This document shows positions 47,299-56,376 of a stretch of DNA of 64,000 nucleotides, piece by piece. The stretch's first letter is position 1, and every line of letters starts with the position of its first letter. Under the pieces are notes generated by a model. That model saw only the letters and a list, made by a program, of their open reading frames with translations, had not been told where the DNA came from and did no database searches. Made by a program: the position numbers and the translations under genes. Origin of the DNA: an uncultured Planctomycetales bacterium (GTDB lineage: Bacteria > Planctomycetota > UBA1135); assembly GCA_964637165.1 (NCBI GenBank), contig CAZWVI010000002.1, positions 119,470 through 183,469 on the forward strand. The letters run 5' to 3'.

Positions 47299-50200
47299 AG
47301 AAATTGATGTCGATGGAGCTCGTTTGGCCCGAGCGGACATCTACTTGGGTTTCTCGCTCAACCCCACCTTTTTGCGCGATGATTTTGTAAACCCCAGGAG
47401 CGTGTGAACCTAGGTCAACATTGCCTGCCGGAATAATCCCGCGTAAAGCAAGCGGGACATTGCCGCGTCCATCGCTGGCAACATGGTCGCCATTAGAGTT
47501 GATTAACACTACTTTGTCGGCATTAACTAGGTCGCCGTTTTCCAGGATTGAAACTCGAACTTTCCCGCCTTGTTCAAGATTAATTTTGCAAACAGTGGTT
47601 TCACCGGCAGAAACTGCGACTTTGGTGAGGGTGGCGGATGCGTAACCATCGGCTTTAACTTCAACATCCCAAAGCCCTGGTTCTAAACCTTCAAGTAGCG
47701 AGGAGGCCCCTTCGTCAGTAACTCGTCCCCAAGATTGCTTGCTTTTGGAATCATTATCTTCTTTGGTTTTTTCACTTGGCCAGGCCGAAGTGGAGAACCA
47801 TGTTTGCTTAGTATCTCCGGAGAATGAAACTTGAATATCAATGATTCCTCCTAGTGGTAGCTTGATATCGCCGAGGTCAAAGTCGTCGCCCTCACGCAAG
47901 GTGAACGTTTTACTGGTCACTTCACTGAATGATCCAACGCCATCAACTTTCCCGCCTTTGACCACAACTTGATAACGGCCAGCGGAAATGCGTTCGAACT
48001 CAAAGAAACCATCATCGTTTGATTGGCACCAGCCCGCGCGACTACCGTTGCGGCCGCCGCCGAACATCATCGACATCATGCCTTGGTTTTGATTCATGCC
48101 GCGTAATGTGAGGCTAAGGTCGGGGACAGGCATTCCAGACCCTTCGGCAATCAAGCGTCCACGGACGTTTGAAACAGGTATTTCCAAAAGCAGGAAGTCT
48201 TCTGCGGCATCCATTACTTCAACTTCAAGCGCTCCATTCCAATCACCGGTATCGATTTGGGCACGGTATTCTCCCGGCTCAAGAGACTTGAAAACGAACT
48301 TGCCATCTTTGTTACTGCGAGCCGTTGACATTCCAAAGTCGAGCATTCCAGAATTCGCTTTCAGCATCAGAATGTTGGCATTGGGGACTGGTATTCCTCT
48401 ATCTAGAACTTCACCTTCTACACGACAACCACCGGCAGATGAATCAATTATGTCAAGTTGGGTGACTTCATTTTCTCGAACGTTGGCAGTGGTTATCTTT
48501 GAACCGGATAGCATTGTCATTATGTCGCCGGTGAAAAGTGACTCATCATCAAGTGCGGCAGTAACCATAATGTAAGATCCAGCTTTCATGTTTGACATGG
48601 TGTAAACACCGTCACCATTAGCAGCAGTTTGTTGAAAATCCTTAGCTTGCATTGAAGCTGCGCCAACCATGCGGCCGGGTAATGGATTATTATTACGGTC
48701 ATAAACTGTGCCAGTTAGAGTTCCACCAAAGGGCACTTCAACTTTGATTCCAGTCCGTTGTTCGTGCTGTTCTAAGGCTTCTACTTTTGATGACGCTGCA
48801 GCATATCCATCAGCTAAAACATTTACATGGTCGGCACCTGATTCAACGCCGTGAACCGTGAAGAATCCATCACTGTCCGTTTCGGCCATTGCCACACTGT
48901 CACCCATGCCTTGCAGCATTGCCATAAACCCCGATTCCTCACCTTTGCCAGCTGTTACAACTGCGCCGGCAATTGGGTTGCTAGTTCCAGCTTCAACAAC
49001 CCGACCAGAAACACTCGCGCCCGGTTCGAGGCTAAGCACAACATCTTTTGTAATTTTGTTTTCAGCAACGATAACTGCCGGCGACTTTGAGCTGGTAAAG
49101 CCTTCGGCTTGAGTAGTTAAATACCACGCGCCGGGAGGAAGGCCGGTAATTTCGAAACTACCTTGGTCGTTGTCGACAAAGTACGAAGCTTGGGCTTTTT
49201 GCCGCCAAGAGTTAGTGCTTCTGATGAGTTGCTCGCCATCGTTAAGCCAGCTTACTTCAGGTTCAGGTTTGGAGTTCGCCTCAACGCCATCTGAAATGTA
49301 TCCGAGGCTTTGAATCTGAGCAGTCATAGCTTGAGAATCTCTGGCCATTTCTCCGCGTATCAAACATATCGAAACAGCTTGGTCGTCAATGGAGTTAATA
49401 ACCTTGCCGCGAATTCCGCCCGGTTTGGAAATTTGCAGAACTGGTTGATGTTCATCCTTTAAATTATTGAGTGAAAAATCAAAATGCGCGTAGCCTTTAG
49501 CTTCAACTCGTAACTTAGCTTGCTTCCATGCAGGGATTTTAAATTCACCCTTGGCATTGGTTGTAGTGAAGGTTGTTTCTGGAATTAATTCGGGAAGTAT
49601 TTCTTGAGCAGCCTCCATTAATATTCCCCCGGGACGATTCATGCGACTGCGCTCGCTACCACGGTCTTCGGTTGAAGTTGGGATAGCCATCAATTTGACC
49701 ATGGCTCTGACAACGGGTTTGCCAACGCTGTCTACAATTCTTCCAGAAACAGTTTGGCTAGTGTTTATTACTAATGGACCGGCGAGAGAACCATTGCCAT
49801 TAACTTGGGCACTGCCTGGCGCACTGCGCCCTTGTTGCCCCTGCGCCATCAGTAAGTAGCTGGCATTTGGCAATTGAGTAAACCGGTATTGACCTTTACT
49901 ATTACTGGTGGCGGTCCACAGCATTGGATCCCGCACAAATGGAATTGTTAAGCGCAAATCAAGCGGTAAAGCAATGACGTCGGCGCCAGTAATTGCTTTA
50001 TCTTCAGTGTCAAGAATTTCACCTTCTAAAGTGCCGAGTTGAAATAGCTTGACTTGAATATTGTTTTCAGTACTGGGAGCCAATGGACCAAACTCACGCA
50101 TTCCTCCTTCGACTCCGCCTCGCCAAGCATTTACCGTAAGAGGTATTCCAGCCGGTACTGCCTCAATCTCAAATGTGCCGCTAGCATCGGAGTAGATTCG

Positions 50201-50872
50201 TTCCATGAAGAAACTACGGTTGCGAAATGCTGACAATAAATATTTCACGCCAGGGCCGATTAAGACTTCGGCGCCAGCAACGGCACTGCCATTTGCGTCT
50301 ACAACTTTGCCGCTAACGCTGGCTGCGGCAACCGTGCGCACGATTACTGGGCTGTCCGAGTTGTTCAAGTTCTCGCTTAAAACTCGCTGGCGGCGTGGTG
50401 TTAAACGTTGCTTGGTTCTTGCAGTTAAATAAATCGTACGGCCTTGAAGGCCACGTAAATTAAAACGACCTTCATGGTCTGCAAATACAGAAGCCATCGG
50501 CTCTAAATTGAAATCTAAGGGCTTTTCAAAAATTTCAGTTATGTCGCTAGTGAAGTCAAATAGTGGAAATGGAACTGAGTAGGCTGCCACCCAACAACCG
50601 GATACCGCCTGATTGTTTTCATCAACTACAATTCCGGACATCTTGTGTTTGCCAAGACCAACCTTTTCTTGTCGGTTGTTAAAGCTTGGCAATTCAACAC
50701 TGTTAATTCTTGAGCCGGCATCGCTATTAGATTCGGCTACATCTTGATTGTTATTTAGCGTAGAAAATTCCAGTTGATCAAGATTATGTTCTTGTTCATC
50801 GGTGGGCGAGAATAGCAGCCACGCCAAGGCGGCTGCTAGAGCGAGAAGTAGGGGAATGAGAACCTTGCGCAT
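47297..50872 (-). CDS. Large membrane-anchored protein of tandem carboxypeptidase-regulatory-like (transthyretin-fold) repeats
   Basis: N-terminal TM; about 10 repeats of G.V.D..G.PV.GA.V...TD..G.F.I..L.PG.Y.L...A.G. Confidence 0.8.
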   Translation of the reverse strand: MRKVLIPLLLALAAALAWLLFSPTDEQEHNLDQLEFSTLNNNQDVAESNSDAGSRINSVELPSFNNRQEKVGLGKHKMSGIVVDENNQAVSGCWVAAYSVPFPLFDFTSDITEIFEKPLDFNLEPMASVFADHEGRFNLRGLQGRTIYLTARTKQRLTPRRQRVLSENLNNSDSPVIVRTVAAASVSGKVVDANGSAVAGAEVLIGPGVKYLLSAFRNRSFFMERIYSDASGTFEIEAVPAGIPLTVNAWRGGVEGGMREFGPLAPSTENNIQVKLFQLGTLEGEILDTEDKAITGADVIALPLDLRLTIPFVRDPMLWTATSNSKGQYRFTQLPNASYLLMAQGQQGRSAPGSAQVNGNGSLAGPLVINTSQTVSGRIVDSVGKPVVRAMVKLMAIPTSTEDRGSERSRMNRPGGILMEAAQEILPELIPETTFTTTNAKGEFKIPAWKQAKLRVEAKGYAHFDFSLNNLKDEHQPVLQISKPGGIRGKVINSIDDQAVSICLIRGEMARDSQAMTAQIQSLGYISDGVEANSKPEPEVSWLNDGEQLIRSTNSWRQKAQASYFVDNDQGSFEITGLPPGAWYLTTQAEGFTSSKSPAVIVAENKITKDVVLSLEPGASVSGRVVEAGTSNPIAGAVVTAGKGEESGFMAMLQGMGDSVAMAETDSDGFFTVHGVESGADHVNVLADGYAAASSKVEALEQHEQRTGIKVEVPFGGTLTGTVYDRNNNPLPGRMVGAASMQAKDFQQTAANGDGVYTMSNMKAGSYIMVTAALDDESLFTGDIMTMLSGSKITTANVRENEVTQLDIIDSSAGGCRVEGEVLDRGIPVPNANILMLKANSGMLDFGMSTARSNKDGKFVFKSLEPGEYRAQIDTGDWNGALEVEVMDAAEDFLLLEIPVSNVRGRLIAEGSGMPVPDLSLTLRGMNQNQGMMSMMFGGGRNGSRAGWCQSNDDGFFEFERISAGRYQVVVKGGKVDGVGSFSEVTSKTFTLREGDDFDLGDIKLPLGGIIDIQVSFSGDTKQTWFSTSAWPSEKTKEDNDSKSKQSWGRVTDEGASSLLEGLEPGLWDVEVKADGYASATLTKVAVSAGETTVCKINLEQGGKVRVSILENGDLVNADKVVLINSNGDHVASDGRGNVPLALRGIIPAGNVDLGSHAPGVYKIIAQKGGVERETQVDVRSGQTSSIDINF

Positions 50873-50932
50873 GACTTAATAGGCTACGCTCAACTAGGTA
50901 TTTTGAAGGTTAAAAAGAGCTAGATTATCTAA

Positions 50933-50964
50933 TGACCCAGTATTTGGGGTCAGAGTTTGCAGCT
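50933..50964. repeat. REP-like palindromic repeat, copy 2
   Basis: TGACCCAGTATTTGGGGTCAGAGTTTGCAGCT; same orientation as copy 1; abuts the mrp stop codon. Confidence 0.8.
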
Positions 50965-52016
50965 TACTGTAAAACCTTTAGTTCAAGTGACTTGCGGTTT
51001 TCGACTGCTTTTAGCATATTGGCACAGATATCGTTAAAGGCCTTGCCAATGTCACTATCTGGCTCGGAGACCGCAGCTGGAATACCGGCATCGCCACCGG
51101 CGCGCACACTCGGCTCAAGCGGCACACTGCCTAAGAATGGAACTTTGTAAGCCTCGGCGGTTTTTAGACCGCCGCCGTGGCCGAAAATATCGCCGCACAT
51201 GTTCTCGGCAACTCCAAGCACTGGGCACTTAACTTGCTCACACATTCCAATCGCACGTCGCACATCAGTTAAGGAAACTTCTTGTGGCATGGTTACAACC
51301 ACCGCACCAGTTAGCGGCACTAAGTTTGCTAATGAAATTTGCGCGTCGCCAGTTCCTGGTGGCATATCTACGAGTAAGAAATCAAGCGGCCCCCAATCAA
51401 CATCTTTTAGAAATTGTTCAATAGCCTTGTGCAGCATTGGTCCACGCCACATGACTGGGGTGCCATCTTCAAGTAGATAACCAATAGAAATTGTTTTCAC
51501 GCCGTGAGCTTCCTTGGGAATAATTTGCTGGCCCTCTTTTAATTGCGGCCGCCCTGATAATCCCATCATTACTGGAATGTTGGGACCATAAATATCTGCA
51601 TCAAGTAGTCCAACTTTAAAACCTTGGGCAGCAAGTGAGGTCGCTAAGTTCACCGCGCAAGTTGATTTGCCAACGCCGCCCTTACCTGAAGTAACCGCGA
51701 TGACATGTTCAATTCCTTTGCCTTCAATCGCCGAAACTTGGGCGGCTGGCGGGGCAGCTTCCGGGGCCATAGCGCGCAATTCAACGTTGACATTTTCAAC
51801 GCCATCAATCGCGGCAATCGCGGCATGGGCTTCGCGGCGGATTTCGTCGCCACTTGGCCGCGGTGGGGTGTTGAGTTGCACCACAACTTTGACCGCGCCA
51901 CCACAAGTCGTGATGTCTTGGACAAAGCCCAGCTCGACAATATTCTTGCCGCCGTTGTCGGGGTCTTGCACCTTACTAAGGGCGCTTTGGATGGTGGAAT
52001 CAGTTATTTCAGACAT
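50964..52016 (-). CDS. mrp: Mrp/NBP35 (ApbC) Fe-S cluster carrier ATPase
   Basis: N-terminal DUF59-like domain, SGKGGVGKST, DADIYGP, MWRGPM, DMPPGTGD, ENM. Confidence 0.93.
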   Translation of the reverse strand: MSEITDSTIQSALSKVQDPDNGGKNIVELGFVQDITTCGGAVKVVVQLNTPPRPSGDEIRREAHAAIAAIDGVENVNVELRAMAPEAAPPAAQVSAIEGKGIEHVIAVTSGKGGVGKSTCAVNLATSLAAQGFKVGLLDADIYGPNIPVMMGLSGRPQLKEGQQIIPKEAHGVKTISIGYLLEDGTPVMWRGPMLHKAIEQFLKDVDWGPLDFLLVDMPPGTGDAQISLANLVPLTGAVVVTMPQEVSLTDVRRAIGMCEQVKCPVLGVAENMCGDIFGHGGGLKTAEAYKVPFLGSVPLEPSVRAGGDAGIPAAVSEPDSDIGKAFNDICANMLKAVENRKSLELKVLQ

Positions 52017-52118
52017 GTTGTTAGTCTTTGGTAGCGTAAATCGCCAAGGTGGACGAGGGTGAAGCTAGGATTAAGCCACGATGGCCGAGACTCAACCCTT
52101 GATTGCGGCCTAAACGGC

Positions 52119-53231
52119 GTGCAAGAGCATAAGAATACAAAAAATACCGCGGTTGTGTTGCTTTCGGGCGGACTCGATTCTGCCACAGTTAGCGCCAAGC
52201 TGATTGCCGATGGCTACGAGGTCATCGCTCTGAGTATCGATTATGGCCAACGGCACGTAGTGGAATTGGCCGCCGCCCAAAAACTCGCCCGACTACTCGG
52301 GGTGAAGGAGCATGTGGTTATGCCGATGGACATGAATGTCATCGGGGCCTCGGCTCTTACTGACGACAGAATCGAGGTCCCCAAGGATGATGACGCTAAT
52401 GCCGCAGTTGCCGCCGATATACCGATCACTTATGTGCCAGCGCGCAACACAATTTTCTTGTCGTTGGCCCTTGCTTTGGCGGAATCCCGTGGTGCCCATC
52501 ACATTGGAATCGGGGTCAATGCTCTCGACTATTCTGGTTATCCAGATTGCCGGCCAGAATTCATCGCGGCTTTCGAAAAGCTCGTCAATTTAGCGACTCG
52601 TGAAGGTGTTGAAGGTCGTTCCATAAAATTGCTAACCCCATTGCAGGATTTGAGCAAAGTTGAAATTTTGCAGTTGGCGCGTAAGTTGGCGGTTCCGGTC
52701 GATGAATGCATTTCTTGTTATGACCCACGGCCGAAAGCTTGTGGTGAATGCGATTCATGCCGCTTGCGAATTCAAGCGGAGGCAAAATTATCGCAATGGA
52801 ATTTTCGCGCACCACAGTCGGTCGCAGAAATAGTTGATTTGCGCCACCGCAACTTGCGCCAAAATCAAGCTCGTGAAACCGCTTTCTATCCTGAGGTAGA
52901 TGAACTTGCTAGCACTCGCCATTTGATGGCAGAAGTTGACGGCCAACTGGCTGGGTGTGCAACTTTGCAAGTGGACCCGTCGAGTAACGAATCGTGTCGT
53001 TTGCGAATTCGTGGAATGGCCGTGGACGAGCAGTATCGCGGCATTGGGTTAGGCTCGGCGATGGTGCGTTGGTGCCAAAGTTTGGCTGCCGAAAGTGGCG
53101 ATGGGATTTGGTGTAACGCGCGGATTTTGGCGGTTCCAATGTATGCGCGTTGCGGATTTAAAGTTGCTTCGGATATTTTTGAAATTGAAAACATAGGACC
53201 TCACTACAACATGGAGTGGCAAAATGACTAA
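52119..53231 (+). CDS. queC: 7-cyano-7-deazaguanine synthase QueC fused in frame to a C-terminal GNAT acetyltransferase
   Basis: LLSGGLDS, YVPARNTIFL, DYSGYPDCRPEF, Zn site CISCY...CGECDSCRLR. About 140 further aa follow, with RGMAVDEQYRGIGLG, WCNAR..A..MYARCGF and GPHY. Start placed at GTG 52119. Confidence 0.9.
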   Translation: MQEHKNTKNTAVVLLSGGLDSATVSAKLIADGYEVIALSIDYGQRHVVELAAAQKLARLLGVKEHVVMPMDMNVIGASALTDDRIEVPKDDDANAAVAADIPITYVPARNTIFLSLALALAESRGAHHIGIGVNALDYSGYPDCRPEFIAAFEKLVNLATREGVEGRSIKLLTPLQDLSKVEILQLARKLAVPVDECISCYDPRPKACGECDSCRLRIQAEAKLSQWNFRAPQSVAEIVDLRHRNLRQNQARETAFYPEVDELASTRHLMAEVDGQLAGCATLQVDPSSNESCRLRIRGMAVDEQYRGIGLGSAMVRWCQSLAAESGDGIWCNARILAVPMYARCGFKVASDIFEIENIGPHYNMEWQND

Positions 53232-54042
53232 TGAAAAACCTGTACCGCCGGAGTGGACTTCGGCACTTGAACGACTCATGCAAGTGATTGACACCTTGCG
53301 TTCACCAGACGGCTGCCCATGGGACGGCAAGCAAACAGTAGAAAGTCTTGCCCCGCATTTGGTTGAAGAGTGTCATGAAATGTTGGACGCGGTCGCGCGC
53401 AATGACATGGAAAATCTTTGCGAAGAACTTGGCGATTTGTTGATGGGTGTTTTGATGGTTGCCCGCGTTGCTTCTGAAGACCGTGGCTTCAACCCGGCCG
53501 ATGTTGCGAATGGAATTGTCAAAAAATTAATTCGTCGCCACCCGCATGTCTATGGCGAAACAGAAGTCAGTGGCACTGGTGAAGTGTTGCGGAATTGGGA
53601 GGCGATTAAAAAGGAAGAAAAGCGTGAGAAGGGTGAAGATGAATCAGCCCTTACCGGAGTGCCGGCCAGTCTGCCAGCTTTGTTGCGCGCCTATCGAGTG
53701 GGGCAAAAAGCCTCCGGCGCCGGCTTTGACTGGCCCGATCTATTGGGTCCCGAAGAAAAGGTCGAGGAAGAATGGGAGGAATTTCGCGAGGCGGTTGAGG
53801 CCGGCGACAAACAAGGAGCTGAGCACGAATTGGGCGATTTGCTATTTGCCGTCGTGAACCTCGCGCGCAAGATGAAAATCGAACCTGAATTGGCCCTGCG
53901 TGGAACAATCGAACGCTTTTCATCACGCTTTCGTTATATCGAACGGGAAAGTCCCAAGCCATTAGCCGATTCAACGCTTGAAGAAATGGATTGCCTCTGG
54001 GACCAGGCCAAGGAGCTGGAAGCAAAAGGCGAACTAAGTTGA
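53224..54042 (+). CDS. mazG: Nucleoside triphosphate pyrophosphohydrolase MazG (tandem domain)
   Basis: LRSPDGCPWD, VEECHE, EELGDLL, KLIRRHPHV, EEEWEE, ELGDLLF. Confidence 0.95.
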   Translation: MTNEKPVPPEWTSALERLMQVIDTLRSPDGCPWDGKQTVESLAPHLVEECHEMLDAVARNDMENLCEELGDLLMGVLMVARVASEDRGFNPADVANGIVKKLIRRHPHVYGETEVSGTGEVLRNWEAIKKEEKREKGEDESALTGVPASLPALLRAYRVGQKASGAGFDWPDLLGPEEKVEEEWEEFREAVEAGDKQGAEHELGDLLFAVVNLARKMKIEPELALRGTIERFSSRFRYIERESPKPLADSTLEEMDCLWDQAKELEAKGELS

Positions 54043-54061
54043 GCATTAATCCTTTGCTCGC

Positions 54062-54090
54062 TTGACCATAACGCTCAGCCCCTCTATACT
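54062..54090 (+). promoter_or_regulatory. Sigma70-type promoter for tRNA-Asp
   Basis: TTGACC-17 nt-TATACT, ending 14 nt upstream of the tRNA. Confidence 0.8.
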
Positions 54091-54104
54091 TTTCCGCCCT
54101 GAGC

Positions 54105-54181
54105 GGGGATGTGGCGCAATTGGTTAGCGTACCAGACTGTCGATCTGGAAGTTGCGGGTTCGAGTCCCGTCATCCTCGCCA
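54105..54181 (+). tRNA. tRNA-Asp (GTC)
   Basis: Acceptor GGGGATG/CATCCTC, G73, encoded CCA; anticodon arm CCAGA-CTGTCGA-TCTGG; GTTCGAGTC T-loop. Confidence 0.97.
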
Positions 54182-54191
54182 TTTAAACAGG

Positions 54192-54227
54192 AAGAGAGCC
54201 GTCCATTCGTGGACGGCTCTCTTTTTT
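54192..54227. terminator. Intrinsic terminator after tRNA-Asp, probably bidirectional
   Basis: AAGAGAGCCGTCCA-TTCG-TGGACGGCTCTCTT perfect 14-bp stem, UUCG loop, T tract. Confidence 0.9.
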
Positions 54228-54244
54228 ATTGGGTCCAGGGCTGC

Positions 54245-55003
54245 CTAGGGCTTTTTCAAGCGGACTTCAATTGGGTCAGGATTGCCGTCCCACTCAATCG
54301 TCTTTTCGACCTTGCCCTTGTAGTTCGAATTACTCGCGGTGACGATGTAAGTGCCCACCGCTCGGGTGAATTTGACTTCCCCGGAATCGTCGGCGCGCTG
54401 GGTTTTGCCCACGTTGCCACTGCCAATTACTCGCATCGGCTTACTGCCGGGTTTAGGTTTCATGGTTACTAGCGCGTTATCGCACAAGTAGCCAAGGTGA
54501 TCTAGGATCAGCATGGTGCAAATTGGAGTAATTTCAATTTTGACGGTGCGCTCATCAGTCGCCCCCGGGGTTGCACTTTTTAAGTCCACCAACTTTGGTT
54601 CAAAACCGTTGCCGGTAATTAGTAAATACTTCGGCTGACTGTCGGCAGTGGCCATGAAATGCACACGCCCATGCTTGGGGCTTTTGTAAGTAGCAATCAC
54701 ATCGCGGCGGCGCGGCTCACGCATGTATTCAGGTGCCGGGCGATTGGCCAGCAACATCGTGCGCGCTCCGGCAATCGCTAAATCTTTTTGATTGCGTAAG
54801 TGCACAACATACAAGCTTGACTGTCCGTCAGGCCCAGCAATTTTAGACATTTTGGTCGGTGCTTTAGTCGCTTGCGGTGCTTCGTCCGGCCGCAGAGTCT
54901 CAGCGATGGTGGCGTTTGGGTCAACCGGCGGTGCCGGGTTTCCACAAGCTGCGAAAATTAAAGCCGCAAGTGTGGCAATGATTATTGGTGAGCGATGTTT
55001 CAT
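54245..55003 (-). CDS. Hypothetical lipoprotein with transthyretin/carboxypeptidase-regulatory-like domains
   Basis: Lipobox LIFAAC, Pro-rich linker, C-terminal ADDSGEVKF..AVGTYIVTAS repeat-like segment. Confidence 0.65.
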   Translation of the reverse strand: MKHRSPIIIATLAALIFAACGNPAPPVDPNATIAETLRPDEAPQATKAPTKMSKIAGPDGQSSLYVVHLRNQKDLAIAGARTMLLANRPAPEYMREPRRRDVIATYKSPKHGRVHFMATADSQPKYLLITGNGFEPKLVDLKSATPGATDERTVKIEITPICTMLILDHLGYLCDNALVTMKPKPGSKPMRVIGSGNVGKTQRADDSGEVKFTRAVGTYIVTASNSNYKGKVEKTIEWDGNPDPIEVRLKKP

Positions 55004-56211
55004 TTTAATTCAGGTATGTGAAGGCGTTCAGTTGCACGAACCGCGTCCATGCTCATGTCTTCAAGCTTCAATTCTGCTTCGGCGGCGAGAGCTTCCTCGA
55101 TGCGTCCGTAGATGACCGGATGCTCCGGCTGGAATACGGTACAACAATCGGGTGCAGGTAGGTTAGATGTTTCGAAAGTGCCAATCTTGATTGCAAGATC
55201 AATCGCTTCCTGTTTATCGTAGGTAACCAGTGGCCGCAGTACGGGCAGCCCTGAAGCCTCTTCGATTACGCGAATGTTTTCCAGAGTCTGGCTAGCCACT
55301 TGGCCAACACTTTCACCGGTGATTAGTGCTTTTGATTTACCGCGAAAAGCTAGTTTAGTGGCAATTCGCTGCATTGCGCGGCGATAGAGCACGGTGCGGT
55401 AGCTGGCTGGGCAGTTGTCGCGAATCGCTTCTTGAATTTCTGTGAAGGGCACGATGTGCAAGGTCGATTGCGGTTGCCACTTGGCTAAATTTTCAACTTG
55501 TTGAATTACTTTGTCGCGAGTGCGTGGGCCAACGTGCGGGTACGAATAAAAACTAACAAAATCAACGCGCATGCCGCGTTTCATTGACAACCATGCGGCT
55601 ACTGGCGAATCAATTCCGCCAGAAAGCAAACACATTACACGGCCCATTACGCCTACTGGTAAGCCGCCCTGGCCCGGTTTGCGGCCAGAAAAAACCCAGG
55701 TGCCTTCGTCGCGAATATCAACCTCAAGTTCTAGTACCGGCGCATTTAAGTTGACGCGCAACTTGTCAAACTGCGGAACCACCAAGTTGCCGATCTCGCG
55801 TTCGCATTCAATCGAAGTGTGCGGAAAAGCTTTGCAAGCGCGATTCACACTCACCCTAAATGGTACTTCTTTTAAGCCAACACATTGAGTCTCAAGAGCT
55901 TCACTAATTAGTTCTTTGCCGCGTTCGGCAATCGCTGCGAAATCGGGCTCAACTTCCCAAGCCGTACTGATGTTTGACAAACCAAACACCCGCGCGGCGG
56001 CGGCTTCGATACGACTTGGGCTAGCATCGGCGTGCACCAACATGCGACCGCGGATGCGGCGTACTTGAACATTGTCAAAATCTTTAAGCGCAACACGTAA
56101 ATTTCGCTCTAAGCGTTTCTCGAACATTGCACGATTACCACCCTTTAGGGCGATTTCGTGGTAGCGAACTATTAAAGCGCTAGATTTTTTTGTGGTTGTT
56201 CTATCACACAT
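55000..56211 (-). CDS. thiI: tRNA 4-thiouridine(8) synthase, without rhodanese domain
   Basis: VRYHEIALKGGNR, THUMP domain, GGLPVG, LLSGGIDSPVA, TGESVGQVASQT, RPLV..DK, PDCC. Confidence 0.95.
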   Translation of the reverse strand: MCDRTTTKKSSALIVRYHEIALKGGNRAMFEKRLERNLRVALKDFDNVQVRRIRGRMLVHADASPSRIEAAAARVFGLSNISTAWEVEPDFAAIAERGKELISEALETQCVGLKEVPFRVSVNRACKAFPHTSIECEREIGNLVVPQFDKLRVNLNAPVLELEVDIRDEGTWVFSGRKPGQGGLPVGVMGRVMCLLSGGIDSPVAAWLSMKRGMRVDFVSFYSYPHVGPRTRDKVIQQVENLAKWQPQSTLHIVPFTEIQEAIRDNCPASYRTVLYRRAMQRIATKLAFRGKSKALITGESVGQVASQTLENIRVIEEASGLPVLRPLVTYDKQEAIDLAIKIGTFETSNLPAPDCCTVFQPEHPVIYGRIEEALAAEAELKLEDMSMDAVRATERLHIPELK

Positions 56212-56242
56212 GGGTCCGCTATTTTAGAATAGTCGCTTCCTT

Positions 56243-56319
56243 GGGCGATTAGCTCAGTTGGCTAGAGCACCTCCCTTACAAGGAGGGGGTCGGGGGTTCG
56301 AGCCCCTCATCGCCTACCA
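56243..56319 (+). tRNA. tRNA-Val (TAC)
   Basis: Acceptor GGGCGAT/ATCGCCT, A73, CCA; anticodon arm CCTCC-CTTACAA-GGAGG; GTTCGAGCC T-loop. Confidence 0.97.
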
Positions 56320-56376
56320 AGGACTAGCGGCGTCCCTTTTTCTATAACAGGGGGCGCCGTCGTTCGAATTAACATC

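Noticed and set aside
47267-50964. CRISPR array or IS terminal repeats
   Set aside because: There are only two copies, 3.7 kb apart and in direct orientation, with no spacers, cas genes or transposase.
52017-52118. preQ1 riboswitch upstream of queC
   Set aside because: No AGAGGUUCUAG-type stem-loop or A-rich 3' tail.
52119-53231. QueC as part of a Qat or type IV CBASS anti-phage system
   Set aside because: The QueC is canonical in length and motifs, with no qatABD, CD-NTase, TGT-like or effector neighbours; the context is housekeeping.
56325-56362. Terminator after tRNA-Val
   Set aside because: The GC-rich hairpin is imperfect with no downstream T tract; it is too weak to call and may allow read-through into dsbD.
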